Assembly: GCA_030594205.1 (NCBI GenBank)
Contig: JAUVFR010000001.1
Coordinates: 71,870 to 135,869 of the forward strand
Origin: Methanobacteriota archaeon
GTDB taxonomy: Archaea; Thermoplasmatota; Thermoplasmata; RBG-16-68-12; JAJISG01
Length of the DNA: 64,000 bases
Reading direction: 5' to 3'
Each line of letters opens with the position of its first letter. Position 1 is the first letter of the stretch. Below are positions 1 to 9,382 of the stretch, in pieces. Below the pieces are notes generated by a model. The model saw nothing but the letters and a program-made list of their open reading frames with translations. It searched no databases and had not been told where the DNA came from. The translations under genes and the position numbers were made by a program.

Positions 1-869
1 ATCCCCTCGTCCGGGAGTATCGAAAGACGACGGGGGGCCAGGGTGACGACCTGCCGGACTTCTTCGTCACCTCCCACCAGATCGACCCGTTCTTCCGCGT
101 GAAAATGCAGGGTACCCTCCAGCGGTACATCGACAGCGCCATCAGCAGTACGGTCAACCTGGCTGAGGACACAAGCGTCGAGACGGTGAAGGAGATCTAC
201 GAGTACGCCTGGAAGATGGGGTGCAAGGGGGTCACGGTTTACAGGGAAGGCAGCCGAGAGGGCATCTTGCTTACCTCACGCGAGAAGTCGGCCCGAGGCG
301 AGGTCGGGGCCACCAAGGTCCCGGCCGTTCCGAGGGAGGTGGGGAAGCCTCGCGCCCGCCCCGTCGTCGTGCGAGGGACCACTCAGAAGATCGAGACGGG
401 CTACGGGAAACTCTACGTGACCATCAACGAGGACGAGAACGGGCTCTTCGAGGTCTTCGCACAGATTGGCCGTGGCGGCGGCTACACCGCCTCCTTCACC
501 GAGGCCGTGGCTCGTCTCATTAGCCTCTGTCTCCGGTCCGGCATCTCCGCGGACGAGGTCATCGACCAGATGGAGGGCATCCGGAGCCCCCGGCTCGCGT
601 GGGACCATCAGGAGAAAATCTACTCCGTCCCCGACGCCCTGAGTAAGGCTCTCAAACGTCACCTCAGCGGCTATGACCAGACCACGCTGCTGCCCCGGGT
701 CGAGAGCTTTGGCCCCGTCCTTGACGACGAGTTGGACAAGGAGGCCCGGGACGGGGACGAGGAGATGGTGAAGCAGGGCCTCAGCCCCGAATGCCCGGAG
801 TGCGGCAGCCCCCTGATCTTCGAGGAAAACTGCATCAAGTGCCAACACTGTGGGTTCTCCGAATGCTAG
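1..869 (+). CDS. nrdJ: Class II (adenosylcobalamin-dependent) ribonucleotide reductase NrdJ, C-terminal part (5' partial, continues upstream of window)
   Basis: The frame is open from position 3. Translation gives ...GDDLPDFFVTSHQIDPFFRVKMQ...VNLAEDTSVETVKEIYEYAWKMGCKGVTVYR, characteristic of the class II RNR C-terminal region. The C-terminus has a CxxC...CxxC zinc ribbon (CPECG...CQHCG). Confidence 0.8.
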   Translation, partial: PLVREYRKTTGGQGDDLPDFFVTSHQIDPFFRVKMQGTLQRYIDSAISSTVNLAEDTSVETVKEIYEYAWKMGCKGVTVYREGSREGILLTSREKSARGEVGATKVPAVPREVGKPRARPVVVRGTTQKIETGYGKLYVTINEDENGLFEVFAQIGRGGGYTASFTEAVARLISLCLRSGISADEVIDQMEGIRSPRLAWDHQEKIYSVPDALSKALKRHLSGYDQTTLLPRVESFGPVLDDELDKEARDGDEEMVKQGLSPECPECGSPLIFEENCIKCQHCGFSEC

Positions 870-927
870 ACTCCCCCCAAAGGCCAAGTGGGAAGGGCCG
901 GTGACGCATGTCCCGGTTCTTCCCCAC

Positions 928-970
928 TCTTTTTTGGGGGTAAGGTGGTACAAAGGCAACGTCTTTTATC
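928..970 (+). terminator. Oligo-T tracts (TCTTTTTT at 928-935 and CTTTTAT at 963-969) downstream of nrdJ. Likely an archaeal poly-T terminator, and the second tract may double as a TATA box for gdhA.
   Basis: T-runs are rare in this high-GC sequence. They sit directly after the nrdJ stop. The purine-rich AAAGG just upstream of TTTTAT resembles a BRE. Confidence 0.35.
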
Positions 971-1033
971 GGTGCCCCCGGTTAGCCCGGCCCGGAAGGG
1001 CCCCTAGCCCTCCCACCACGGCCAGGAGGTGTC

Positions 1034-2311
1034 ATGTTGCAGACGGTAACAGCGCAGGAGACGGGGGAGATGAGCGCCTTCGAGATCGCCCAGGCCCAGA
1101 TTGACGCCGTCGGGGATCGGCTGGGAGTGGATTCGGACCTGCTTGAGATTCTCAAGAAGCCCACCCGGGAGCTCACCGTGAACTTCCCCGTGAAGATGGA
1201 CGACGGGACGATTCGGGTGTTCACAGGGTACCGGGTTCAATACAACCAGGTCTTGGGTCCCTTCAAAGGGGGCATCCGGTACCACCCCGACGTCACCCTT
1301 GAAGAGGTCCGCGCGCTCGCGGCGTGGATGACCTGGAAGTGCGCCGTTATTGGACTGCCCTACGGCGGGGCCAAGGGAGGCGTCATTGTCGACGTGAAGG
1401 AGCTCAGCCCTAGGGAGATTGAGCGGATCACGCGCCGTTTCACCTCGGAGATCTCTATCATCATTGGGCCCCACAAGGACATCCCCGCCCCGGACGTCTA
1501 CACGGATGCCCAGGTGATGGCGTGGATCATGGACACCTACAGCATGATTATGGGGTATTCGGTGCCTGGCGTGGTGACGGGCAAACCGCCCATCATCGGC
1601 GGGTCCAGCGGACGGGAGGAGGCCACGTCCCGTGGGGTGTTGTACACGACCCGCCAGGCGGCGATGATTCTGGGGCTCGACCTTGCGAAGGCGAGGGTGG
1701 TCATTCAGGGGTACGGCAACGTGGGCTACAACGCGGCGCGTCTCTTCCACGAGGAGGGTGGGTCGAAGATCGTGGCCGTGAGCGATTCCCGGGGGGCGAT
1801 TCGAGACAAGGAGGGACTGGATCCCCTCGCGGTCAAGGCCCACAAGGACGAGACGGGAAGCGTGGCGGGGTTCCCGGGCGCGGAGCCCATCACCCCGAAG
1901 GAACTTCTTGCGGAGAAGGCCGATGTCCTGATTCCCGCGGCCCTGAGCGGTTGGATCACCGCGGACAACGTGGACGCCGTCCAGACTCGCATCATCGCCG
2001 AGGGGGCCAACGGACCCACGACCCCGGACGCCGACCAGGTTCTCTTCGAGCGGGACATCACCGTGATCCCGGACATTCTGTGCAATGCGGGCGGGGTGAC
2101 CGTGAGCTACTTCGAGTGGGTGCAGAGCCTCCAGCAGTTTTTTTGGTCGCTGGAGGAGGTAAAGCAGCGTCTGGAGGAGATCATGGTGAAGGCCTTCGAT
2201 CGGGTCTGGGAGATGGCGCAGGAGGAGAACGTCGACATGCGGACGGCGGCCTACATGGTGGCCATGAAGAAGATCGTCCGCGCCTACGAGATCCGCGGCA
2301 TCTATCCTTGA
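1034..2311 (+). CDS. gdhA: Glutamate dehydrogenase (Glu/Leu/Phe/Val dehydrogenase family)
   Basis: The 425-aa product has GGIRYHP, the GLPYGGAKGG catalytic glycine-rich region and the GYGNVG NAD(P) Rossmann motif. Confidence 0.92.
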   Translation: MLQTVTAQETGEMSAFEIAQAQIDAVGDRLGVDSDLLEILKKPTRELTVNFPVKMDDGTIRVFTGYRVQYNQVLGPFKGGIRYHPDVTLEEVRALAAWMTWKCAVIGLPYGGAKGGVIVDVKELSPREIERITRRFTSEISIIIGPHKDIPAPDVYTDAQVMAWIMDTYSMIMGYSVPGVVTGKPPIIGGSSGREEATSRGVLYTTRQAAMILGLDLAKARVVIQGYGNVGYNAARLFHEEGGSKIVAVSDSRGAIRDKEGLDPLAVKAHKDETGSVAGFPGAEPITPKELLAEKADVLIPAALSGWITADNVDAVQTRIIAEGANGPTTPDADQVLFERDITVIPDILCNAGGVTVSYFEWVQSLQQFFWSLEEVKQRLEEIMVKAFDRVWEMAQEENVDMRTAAYMVAMKKIVRAYEIRGIYP

Positions 2312-4377
2312 TCGCGTAGGGAAGCGGCCACAATCTCCGCGAGGTCGAGGGACTGAAAGGACGCCTCCGCCCCGAGGGCCTTGATGCCGTCCTCCATCAT
2401 CGTCATGCAGAAGGGGCAGGCGGTGGTCACACCCTCTGCCTGCGTGGCCACTGCCTCCTCCGTCCGTTCGACGTTGATGCGCTTGCCCACGGACTCCTCC
2501 ATCCACATCCGACCCCCACCCGCCCCGCAGCAAAGCTGGTTCTCCCGGTGGCGGGGCATCTCACGAATCCGGAGTCCGGGGATGCCGCGAAGGGCCTCCC
2601 TCGGGGCCTCATACACGCCGTTGTGGCGACCAAGATAGCAGGAGTCGTGCCAGGCCAGGTCCAGGTCCGTCCTTCGGAGTGGGAGGCGCCCGGACGCGAT
2701 GAGCTGCTGGATCAGCTCCGTATGGTGGACCACCTCGTACGCCCCGCCGAACTCCGGATACTCATTCTGGAAGGTGTTGAAGCAATGGGGGCAGGTGACG
2801 ACGATCCGCTTGACCCCGTGGATGCGGAGGGTCTCCACGTTCTCCTCCATGAGGGTCTGCGCGAGGTATTCGTTCCCGATGCGACGGGCGGGGTCCCCGG
2901 TGCACTTCTCCTTCGTCCCCAGGATGGCAAAACGGAGGCCCGCGGCCCGGAGGATTTTCACCAGGGCGCGGGCCACCCTCTGATTCCGTTGGTCGAAGGA
3001 GGCGGCGCATCCCACCCAGTAGAGGAGATCCAGGTTCGTGGTCTCGGACGCCTCCCGGAGCGGCACGTCCAGTCCCTCTGCCCAGGCCGTCCGCTGGTCC
3101 CACGGCATGCCGTAGGGGTTGAAATTGGTCTCCATGCTCTGGAGCGCCTCCTGAGCCGAAGCCGGGAAGGCGCCCTGCTCCATGACCAGGTTCCGCCGGA
3201 GTTCCACGATGGGGGCGACGTGGCGGATGGCGACGGGGCAGATCTCCACGCAGGCGTTGCAGGTGGTGCAGGCCCAGAGTTCCTCCTCCCCCACCAGGTA
3301 GGGGGCCGGACGTTCGAGCTCCTGCCGATGCTCCTGGAAGGTCATGTCCCGGAGGGTGAGGATGGCCTGCATGGGGTCCAGGGGCTTGCCCGTGGTCCAC
3401 GCGGGGCACACGCTGGTGCAGCGGCCGCATTCGGTGCAGGCATCGAACATGAGGCGGTCCTGCCTGGAGAAGTAGGCCGTGCTGGCGGCCCCGAGTTGGA
3501 CCTGGTCGGCTTCAGGGCCCGTGAGGTCACCCAGTCGGAAGGGCGTGGGGAGCTGCCCGTACGGACGGAGGGAGGCCGTGTAGGTGTTCAGCGGGGAGGT
3601 GACCATGTGGAGGAACTTCGTGTAGGGGATGCTGGCGATGAAAGTGAAGGTGGCGAAGGCGTGGAACCACCAGAGGGCGTAGTATGTGGACTCCAGGGTC
3701 GGGCTTACGACGCCGGGGGTCAGGAGGCCCGCGGCGACGAAGGGGCGGGAGAGGGCGTAGCCCACGAAGGAATAGGGGTACCAAGGCTGCTGGGGGGTGG
3801 CCCCCAGGCGGATCCCCTCTAGGACGAACCCCTGGATGGCCAGCAGCAGCAGGATCAGGAGGAGGTAGTAGTCCCCCCACCCGGTGCGCAGGTGCTTGGG
3901 GCGGGTGACGAGACGTCGCCAGAGGGCGAGGCCCAGGCCGACGATGAGGAAGATGCCGAAGAGCTCCAGGCCGACCTCAAAGGCCAGGTAGGTGTTCCCG
4001 ACGAGGAAGGGGGTCCCGAAGACGTTGATGGCGATGTCGAAGTCCAGGGCGACGAGGATCGTCCCGATGAGGAGGACGATGAAGCCCGTGTAGATGAGGG
4101 TGTGAAGGAAGCCCGCGTAGACCTGACGAATGACCTTGCGTTGGAGGAGGCCTACCCGAATGAGCATACGCATCCGCCCGAGGACCGACTCCTGCGGGTT
4201 GGCCCGCTTCACTCGCCGCCACGTCCGCCACCGGAGGAATAGTCCGACGAGAAAGATGGCGAACGCGATGGTGAAGGCGATGATCATGGGCGCGAAGACC
4301 TCCGCGCCGATGATGGCGAAATGCTCCCGCTGGGGCTCCTGCGCGAGGGCCTCAACCGCGCCTCCGACCCACCCCAT
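2302..4377 (-). CDS. Membrane-bound Fe-S oxidoreductase, EtfD-like (NarI-like membrane domain + 2x[4Fe-4S] + HdrD/GlpC-type CCG domains). Putative ETF:quinone oxidoreductase.
   Basis: The N-terminus has multiple TM helices. Two ferredoxin-type motifs are present (CTECGRCTSVCP, CTTCNACVEICP), plus CCG-type cysteine motifs (…CCGAGGG…). It lies divergent to etfBA. The ATG at 4377 sits 27 nt from a TTATAA box; the alternative GTG start is at 4389. Confidence 0.75.
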   Translation of the reverse strand: MGWVGGAVEALAQEPQREHFAIIGAEVFAPMIIAFTIAFAIFLVGLFLRWRTWRRVKRANPQESVLGRMRMLIRVGLLQRKVIRQVYAGFLHTLIYTGFIVLLIGTILVALDFDIAINVFGTPFLVGNTYLAFEVGLELFGIFLIVGLGLALWRRLVTRPKHLRTGWGDYYLLLILLLLAIQGFVLEGIRLGATPQQPWYPYSFVGYALSRPFVAAGLLTPGVVSPTLESTYYALWWFHAFATFTFIASIPYTKFLHMVTSPLNTYTASLRPYGQLPTPFRLGDLTGPEADQVQLGAASTAYFSRQDRLMFDACTECGRCTSVCPAWTTGKPLDPMQAILTLRDMTFQEHRQELERPAPYLVGEEELWACTTCNACVEICPVAIRHVAPIVELRRNLVMEQGAFPASAQEALQSMETNFNPYGMPWDQRTAWAEGLDVPLREASETTNLDLLYWVGCAASFDQRNQRVARALVKILRAAGLRFAILGTKEKCTGDPARRIGNEYLAQTLMEENVETLRIHGVKRIVVTCPHCFNTFQNEYPEFGGAYEVVHHTELIQQLIASGRLPLRRTDLDLAWHDSCYLGRHNGVYEAPREALRGIPGLRIREMPRHRENQLCCGAGGGRMWMEESVGKRINVERTEEAVATQAEGVTTACPFCMTMMEDGIKALGAEASFQSLDLAEIVAASLRDQG

Positions 4378-4401
4378 CGGCTCGACCACGGGATGCTGCG
4401 G

Positions 4402-4439
4402 TTATAACGGTTAGCAGGTTTCATCGGGGCAGATTTATA
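4402..4439. promoter_or_regulatory. Divergent TATA boxes: TTATAA (4402-4407) serving etfD on the minus strand and TTTATA (4434-4439) serving etfB on the plus strand. Both sit about 27-30 nt from the start codons, consistent with leaderless transcripts.
   Basis: These are A/T-rich hexamers within an otherwise GC-rich 77-nt divergent intergenic region. Spacing to the start codons matches archaeal -26/-27 TATA placement. Confidence 0.4.
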
Positions 4440-4466
4440 GGGGGCGAACGGTCCGATGGGCGGCCC

Positions 4467-5237
4467 ATGAACGTCGTCGTATGTGTCAAGCAGGTGGCCA
4501 ATCCCGAGCTCCAGTATCGCATCCGGGACGACGCCCTCGACATCGTGCGGGACAACCTGACCTTCCAGGTGAACGGCCCGGATGAGTACGCCTTGGAGGA
4601 AGCGGTCCGCCTCCGGGAGGCCCACGGGGGGAAGGTCACGGCTATCGCGGCCGGGCCAGAGCGTGTGACAGAGGTGCTCCGACAGGCTATGGCGAAGGGG
4701 GCCGACGAGGCGATTCGCGTCGACCTACCGGATGGAAGGGAGTTTGATCCCTCCTACACGGGACAAACGTTGGCGCAGGCCATTCAGGCCTTGGATGTCG
4801 ACCTCGTCCTCTGTGGAGTGCAGTCGGACGACTACGCCCACGGGGCCACGGGCCCGATCCTCGCCTCGCACCTTGGGATCCCGCACGCCTCCGTCGTCAC
4901 GAGGGTGGAGGTCGAGGATGACCGCGTGAGGGTAAACCGAGAACTGGAGGGCGGGCTTGAGGAGCGGGTGACCCTTCCTCTCCCGGCCCTCTTGACCATT
5001 CAGTTCGGCATCAATGAGCCCCGCTTCGCCTCGGTGGCGGCCATCCTCAAGGCGACGAGGCAGTCCATTCAGGAGGTGACGGCCGCCTCCGCGGAGGGGG
5101 CCTCCCGTCTCACAGTCCGTCGGATGTACATCCCGGAGGTAACGCAGCAGGCGGAGATGCTGGAAGGATCCGTGGATGAGGTGGCACGGAGATTGGCGGC
5201 TATTCTGCGGGAGAAGGGCCTCGTTCCGGAGGGGTAG
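4467..5237 (+). CDS. etfB: Electron transfer flavoprotein beta subunit
   Basis: The protein starts MNVVVCVKQV and has ETF-beta family conservation throughout its 256 aa. Confidence 0.9.
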   Translation: MNVVVCVKQVANPELQYRIRDDALDIVRDNLTFQVNGPDEYALEEAVRLREAHGGKVTAIAAGPERVTEVLRQAMAKGADEAIRVDLPDGREFDPSYTGQTLAQAIQALDVDLVLCGVQSDDYAHGATGPILASHLGIPHASVVTRVEVEDDRVRVNRELEGGLEERVTLPLPALLTIQFGINEPRFASVAAILKATRQSIQEVTAASAEGASRLTVRRMYIPEVTQQAEMLEGSVDEVARRLAAILREKGLVPEG

Positions 5238-5238
5238 C

Positions 5239-6210
5239 TTGGGCATCCTTGTTGTCGCGGAGCATCGGCAGGGGAAGATTCAGGACCCGACGTGGGAGGT
5301 CCTCGGGAAGGCGGGGGAAGTGGCCGTCTCTGCACACACGGAGGTCAAGGCCGTTCTCATGGGAGACGCGGTATCGGACCTGGCCTCGGAGTTGGCTAGG
5401 TACCCGGTGAATGAGGTTCTTGTCGTTGAGGACCCTCGCCTGAAGGACTACACCCCTGAGGGATATGGGGCCGCTTTGGCCGCCCTACTCGAGCACGAGG
5501 AGGCCGAGCTCGTCCTCACCTCCCACACGGCCACGGGCTACGAGTTCCTGCCCCGGGTTGCGGCCGACATGGACCGCCCTCTGGTCACCGCTGCCATGGA
5601 CGTGAGCTTGGTCGACGGCTTGGTGGTCGCCACCCGAACGGGATACAACGGGAAGGTGGCGGTCGAGATCGCCATGGAGGGAGGTGGACCCGCTTTCGTG
5701 ACCCTGCGTCCCGCCACATTCACGCCGCCGGAACCCGGCCCGAAGAGAGCACCCGTCACCCCAGTCGATGTGGACCTTTCAGCCCTCCAAATCCGGCGGG
5801 AGGTCCAGGGGTACGAGAAGCCCGAAAGCGAGGACGTTGACATCGCCGAGGCGGATGTGGTCGTGACCGTGGGGCGCGGGATCAAGAAGAAAGAGAACAT
5901 CAGGCTGGCCGAGGACCTGGCCGCGGCCCTCGGAGGGGTCGTCGGGGCGTCTCGCCCCATTGTAGACAATGGGTGGCTCCCCCGGAGCCGTCAGGTGGGA
6001 TCCTCCGGGAAGACCGTGGCCCCTAAGCTCTACGTCGCCTGCGGAGTGTCGGGGGCCATGCAACACCTAACGGGCATGAAGGGGTCGCAGACCATCGTGG
6101 CTATCAACATCGACCCGACGGCCCCCATCTTTTCCGTGGCCCATTACGGGGCGATCGGGGACCTCCTCGAGATTATCCCCAGTTTGCTTAGGGAACTCGA
6201 GAAGGCCTAA
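5239..6210 (+). CDS. etfA: Electron transfer flavoprotein alpha subunit
   Basis: LGILVVAEH at the N-terminus. The C-terminal FAD-binding region reads [32 protein letters not shown]. The likely start is the TTG immediately after the etfB stop, because the track ORF starting at 5176 overlaps etfB. Confidence 0.85.
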   Translation: MGILVVAEHRQGKIQDPTWEVLGKAGEVAVSAHTEVKAVLMGDAVSDLASELARYPVNEVLVVEDPRLKDYTPEGYGAALAALLEHEEAELVLTSHTATGYEFLPRVAADMDRPLVTAAMDVSLVDGLVVATRTGYNGKVAVEIAMEGGGPAFVTLRPATFTPPEPGPKRAPVTPVDVDLSALQIRREVQGYEKPESEDVDIAEADVVVTVGRGIKKKENIRLAEDLAAALGGVVGASRPIVDNGWLPRSRQVGSSGKTVAPKLYVACGVSGAMQHLTGMKGSQTIVAINIDPTAPIFSVAHYGAIGDLLEIIPSLLRELEKA

Positions 6211-6248
6211 GGCGCGTACTCAACGGTGATAATCGGGGCCGTGCCCTT

Positions 6249-6527
6249 ATGGCACGAAACAACCACGTAGTGGGCATGGAGCAACCCCTGCAGACGTTGT
6301 TCCTGCAGGACCTGGGTTCGGATGCCAAGGTGAAGTTCCGACCTCACGTATTCTTTGCGGTCTTCGCCACGGGTTTCATCCTGATTATCGTGATGGAAAT
6401 CTTTCTCCTCCCCCCATTATTCCACCTTTTCGCCATACGCGCCTTGCCGAACCCCTTCTACGAATGGATTGCCCTCGGGCTCATCGCGGCCCTCGTCAGC
6501 TTCAAGTGGGAGAAGTCAAGCCCCTAA
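6249..6527 (+). CDS. Small hydrophobic hypothetical protein (2 predicted TM helices)
   Basis: A 92-aa ORF with two hydrophobic stretches and no recognisable family. It could also be a non-coding region. Confidence 0.3.
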   Translation: MARNNHVVGMEQPLQTLFLQDLGSDAKVKFRPHVFFAVFATGFILIIVMEIFLLPPLFHLFAIRALPNPFYEWIALGLIAALVSFKWEKSSP

Positions 6528-6581
6528 GGGCGCGGAAGACTTCCGTGCGAGCGGACCCAAGGGACCCGTTCCGGCGGGGAG

Positions 6582-7835
6582 CTACAAGAGGGAATCGACA
6601 ACGCTCTGCGCGAAAGCCCGCGTCCCCACGACGGTGGTTCCCTCTACCTGCCGGGCCAAGTCCTGCGTGACGTCTCCTTCCAGCACGGCTCGGCTAACTC
6701 CACCGCGGACCATGTGAGAGGCCTCGGACCACCCAATGTATTCCAGGAGCATGGCCCCCGCCAAGATTTCCGCCATCGGGTTCGCAATATCCTGCCCCGC
6801 GTACTTCGGCGCGCTCCCGTGGATGGGTTCGAAGAGGGCCGCATGGTCCCCGATGTTGGCTCCCGGCGCGACGCCCAGGCCCCCCACCAGGCCCGCCGCA
6901 GCGTCCGAGACGTAGTCCCCATTCAGGTTCGTGGTCGCAATGATGTCGTATTCGGCCGTCCGTGTCAGAAGCTGTTGCAGCATATTGTCTGCGAGCCGGT
7001 CCTTGACCAGGACCTTGCCCTCCGGGGGAGTGCCCTCGTGCTGATCGCGGACCTCCTCTTCGGTTACAACGTCGCCTCGAAACTCCTGGACGGCAATCTC
7101 GTACCCCCATCGCATGAAGGCACCCTCCGTGTACTTCATGATGTTCCCCTTGTGCATGAGGGTCACATTGCGCCGTCCTCGCTCCACGGCGTAGGTGAGG
7201 GCCTTTCGGACGAGGCGCTTGCTGGCAAACTCGCTGATGGGCTTGAGGCCCAGGGCCGGGTCGTTCTTCACACGGAGGTCGTAGTGCTTCTCCAAGAGGT
7301 TCAGCAGCTTCCGGGATTCCTCGCTCCCGGCGGCCCACTCGATGCCCGCGTAGACGTCCTCCGTTGCTTCCCGGAAGACCACGAGATCGACGCGTTCCGG
7401 GTGCTTTAGGGGGCTCGGAATCCCCGGGATCCAGGCGATTGGTCGCACATTGGCATAGAGGTCCAATTCCTGCCGGAGGGTGACGTTGAGGCTCCGGTAG
7501 CCGCCCCCGATGGGGGTGGTCAGGGGCCCTTTCAACGCCACGACGTAATGGCGGACGGCCGCAAACACGTCAGGGGGGAGCAGCTCGCCGTAGGGTTCCT
7601 CCGCCTCAGTCCCCGCGAGAATCCGCCACCAAACGAGCCGGCGCTCTCCGCCATAGGCCGTCGCCACGGCCGCGTCCAAGACCTCCCGGGTGGCGGTTAT
7701 GACCTCGGGTCCGATGCCGTCCCCACGGATGTAGGGGATGACGGGGTCGGCCGGCACGGCGAGGCGCCCGTCCTGTGTCTGGATGGCCGTCCCCTCCCCG
7801 GGGGGGCGCAGCTTGTGGAAGCGGGGTGTAGGCAT
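6582..7835 (-). CDS. icd: NADP-dependent isocitrate dehydrogenase
   Basis: The internal Met (MPTPRF...) gives a 417-aa product with the isocitrate/isopropylmalate dehydrogenase signature (NLNGDYVSDAAAGLVGGLGVAPGANIG). The longer 667-aa ORF in the track is an upstream artefact overlapping sdhD. Confidence 0.9.
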   Translation of the reverse strand: MPTPRFHKLRPPGEGTAIQTQDGRLAVPADPVIPYIRGDGIGPEVITATREVLDAAVATAYGGERRLVWWRILAGTEAEEPYGELLPPDVFAAVRHYVVALKGPLTTPIGGGYRSLNVTLRQELDLYANVRPIAWIPGIPSPLKHPERVDLVVFREATEDVYAGIEWAAGSEESRKLLNLLEKHYDLRVKNDPALGLKPISEFASKRLVRKALTYAVERGRRNVTLMHKGNIMKYTEGAFMRWGYEIAVQEFRGDVVTEEEVRDQHEGTPPEGKVLVKDRLADNMLQQLLTRTAEYDIIATTNLNGDYVSDAAAGLVGGLGVAPGANIGDHAALFEPIHGSAPKYAGQDIANPMAEILAGAMLLEYIGWSEASHMVRGGVSRAVLEGDVTQDLARQVEGTTVVGTRAFAQSVVDSLL

Positions 7836-7876
7836 GCTTGCCAGGCGCACACCACACTCCCTTAAGAAGAAGTCCG

Positions 7877-8233
7877 TCACACCCCGAATAGGGCCACCAG
7901 GGCCGTCAGGGCCGTCGCGAGGCCCGCGATGACATAGAGGAATGCCCCCACCTTCCGGTAGGAACGCCTCATCCCCAGGTCGAAGAGGACGTATTTGAAG
8001 CGGTGCGCCCCGTGGAAGAGGGCGCCCCCCACGAGCACGATGAGGTAAACCTTCACGAGGGGATCTGTCACCCAGGCCAGCATCGCGTCGAAGGTGGAGA
8101 GGTCCTCCTCGAGGAGGCCGAGGTCGACCCCCGCGTGGAAAAGGATGATGTGGACTGGCAGGAGCAAGGCGACGATGAAGCCCCCCAGGGCGAAGAACTG
8201 CCAGAACACCGCCGTGCTCGTGTCTGGCTCCAC
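7877..8233 (-). CDS. sdhD: Succinate dehydrogenase hydrophobic membrane anchor subunit (SdhD-like)
   Basis: A 118-aa protein with 3 TM helices and His residues (LFHAG, ALFHGAHRF). It lies immediately downstream of sdhC in an sdhABCD arrangement. Confidence 0.6.
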   Translation of the reverse strand: MEPDTSTAVFWQFFALGGFIVALLLPVHIILFHAGVDLGLLEEDLSTFDAMLAWVTDPLVKVYLIVLVGGALFHGAHRFKYVLFDLGMRRSYRKVGAFLYVIAGLATALTALVALFGV

Positions 8234-8596
8234 TCAGAACCCCCGGAAGACTAGGAGATAGACGAGGCCGCTGACGACGATCCACGCAAGCATCCCCCCT
8301 GCGAACAACGCGGCGGGGGGAAGGGTTCGGCCCCGGAGGCGGATCCGGAACACCCCGGCGTTCAGGGACCACCAGGTAATGGCGTGGACGACGGCCATGA
8401 CCAAGACCACGCCGGTGAACGCTCGGAACACAGAGGAGGTGAAGAGAACCCGAAAGGCGTCGAAGAGGCCCCGGTCGGCCAGAAGAAGGAACTGAACCAC
8501 GAAGGCGAGGGCGTAGAGGTACACGAAGATGGAGGTGACCTCGCGGAGCATGTAGAGGAAGTAACGGGGGTTGCGAAGCCACCACGTCGACGGCAT
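8234..8596 (-). CDS. sdhC: Succinate dehydrogenase cytochrome b subunit (SdhC-like)
   Basis: An internal Met (MPSTWWLRNPRYFLYMLREV...) gives about 120 aa with 3 TM helices and a conserved His (VHAITWW). The 197-aa track ORF has a low-complexity N-terminal extension overlapping sdhB. Confidence 0.6.
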   Translation of the reverse strand: MPSTWWLRNPRYFLYMLREVTSIFVYLYALAFVVQFLLLADRGLFDAFRVLFTSSVFRAFTGVVLVMAVVHAITWWSLNAGVFRIRLRGRTLPPAALFAGGMLAWIVVSGLVYLLVFRGF

Positions 8597-8636
8597 CTTT
8601 GGGGTGTAGGTCTTCGCTCCTTCCTCGGTCGTCGTC

Positions 8637-9380
8637 TCACCTCCGAAGGATGGGGGGGAGGAGAATCTGTATCGCCTGGATCGCCCCGGGTGCCTTGAGC
8701 CTCTGGATGGCGCCGGCCGGGTCGACGTTCTTGGGGCAGACCACGGAACACTCCCCCACGTAGGTGCACTCCCAGAGGCCAGTCCGCCCGATGAGCCGAG
8801 CGAGGCGCTCTTTCGAACCATGATCACGGGTGTCTACATTGTATCGATAGGCGAGGGCCAGGGCGGCCGGGCCGATGAACTCCGGTTCCAGACCGTACAC
8901 CGGACAGCCGGCGTAGCAAATCATGCAGTTGATGCAGAGGGACTGCTGGCGATAGAGCTCGACTTGCTCTGGGAGCTGAGAGTACTCCCCCCGTTCCAAG
9001 GGCTTCTCGCTTTCCCGGATGATCCAGGGCATGACCTGCTGCAGCTTTCGCATGAAGTCGTCCATATCGACGACGAGGTCCTTGATCACGGGGAAGTGGC
9101 CCAGGGGGCCCACCCGGACGATGGGCTTCCGAATCTCGTGAAGGAAGGTCGAGCAAGTGAGGCGGGGAGTCCCTTCCACGGATGCCCCACAACTCCCGCA
9201 GATGCCCATGCGACACGACCACCGGAAGGCAAGGCTGCCGTCCATGTGATCCTTGACGTAGGCGAGGGCGTCCAGCACCATCATGTCGTTCCGGAAGGGG
9301 ACCGCGAAGTCCTCGTGGAAAGGCAGGGGGGACTGCTCCGGCCGGTAGCGGGTGACCCGGAGGATAATCTCATCGGCCAT
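8637..9380 (-). CDS. sdhB: Succinate dehydrogenase/fumarate reductase iron-sulfur subunit
   Basis: Motifs for the 2Fe-2S cluster (CRMGICGSCG), the 4Fe-4S cluster (CINCMICYAGCP) and the 3Fe-4S cluster (CTYVGECSVVCP) are all present. The start is at MADEIILRV. Confidence 0.9.
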   Translation of the reverse strand: MADEIILRVTRYRPEQSPLPFHEDFAVPFRNDMMVLDALAYVKDHMDGSLAFRWSCRMGICGSCGASVEGTPRLTCSTFLHEIRKPIVRVGPLGHFPVIKDLVVDMDDFMRKLQQVMPWIIRESEKPLERGEYSQLPEQVELYRQQSLCINCMICYAGCPVYGLEPEFIGPAALALAYRYNVDTRDHGSKERLARLIGRTGLWECTYVGECSVVCPKNVDPAGAIQRLKAPGAIQAIQILLPPILRR

Positions 9381-9382
9381 GC

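Noticed and set aside
6582-8585. The 667-aa ORF as a fused icd
   Set aside because: The isocitrate dehydrogenase begins at the internal Met (7835). The upstream 250 codons run antisense across sdhD and sdhC and are Arg/Pro-rich junk.
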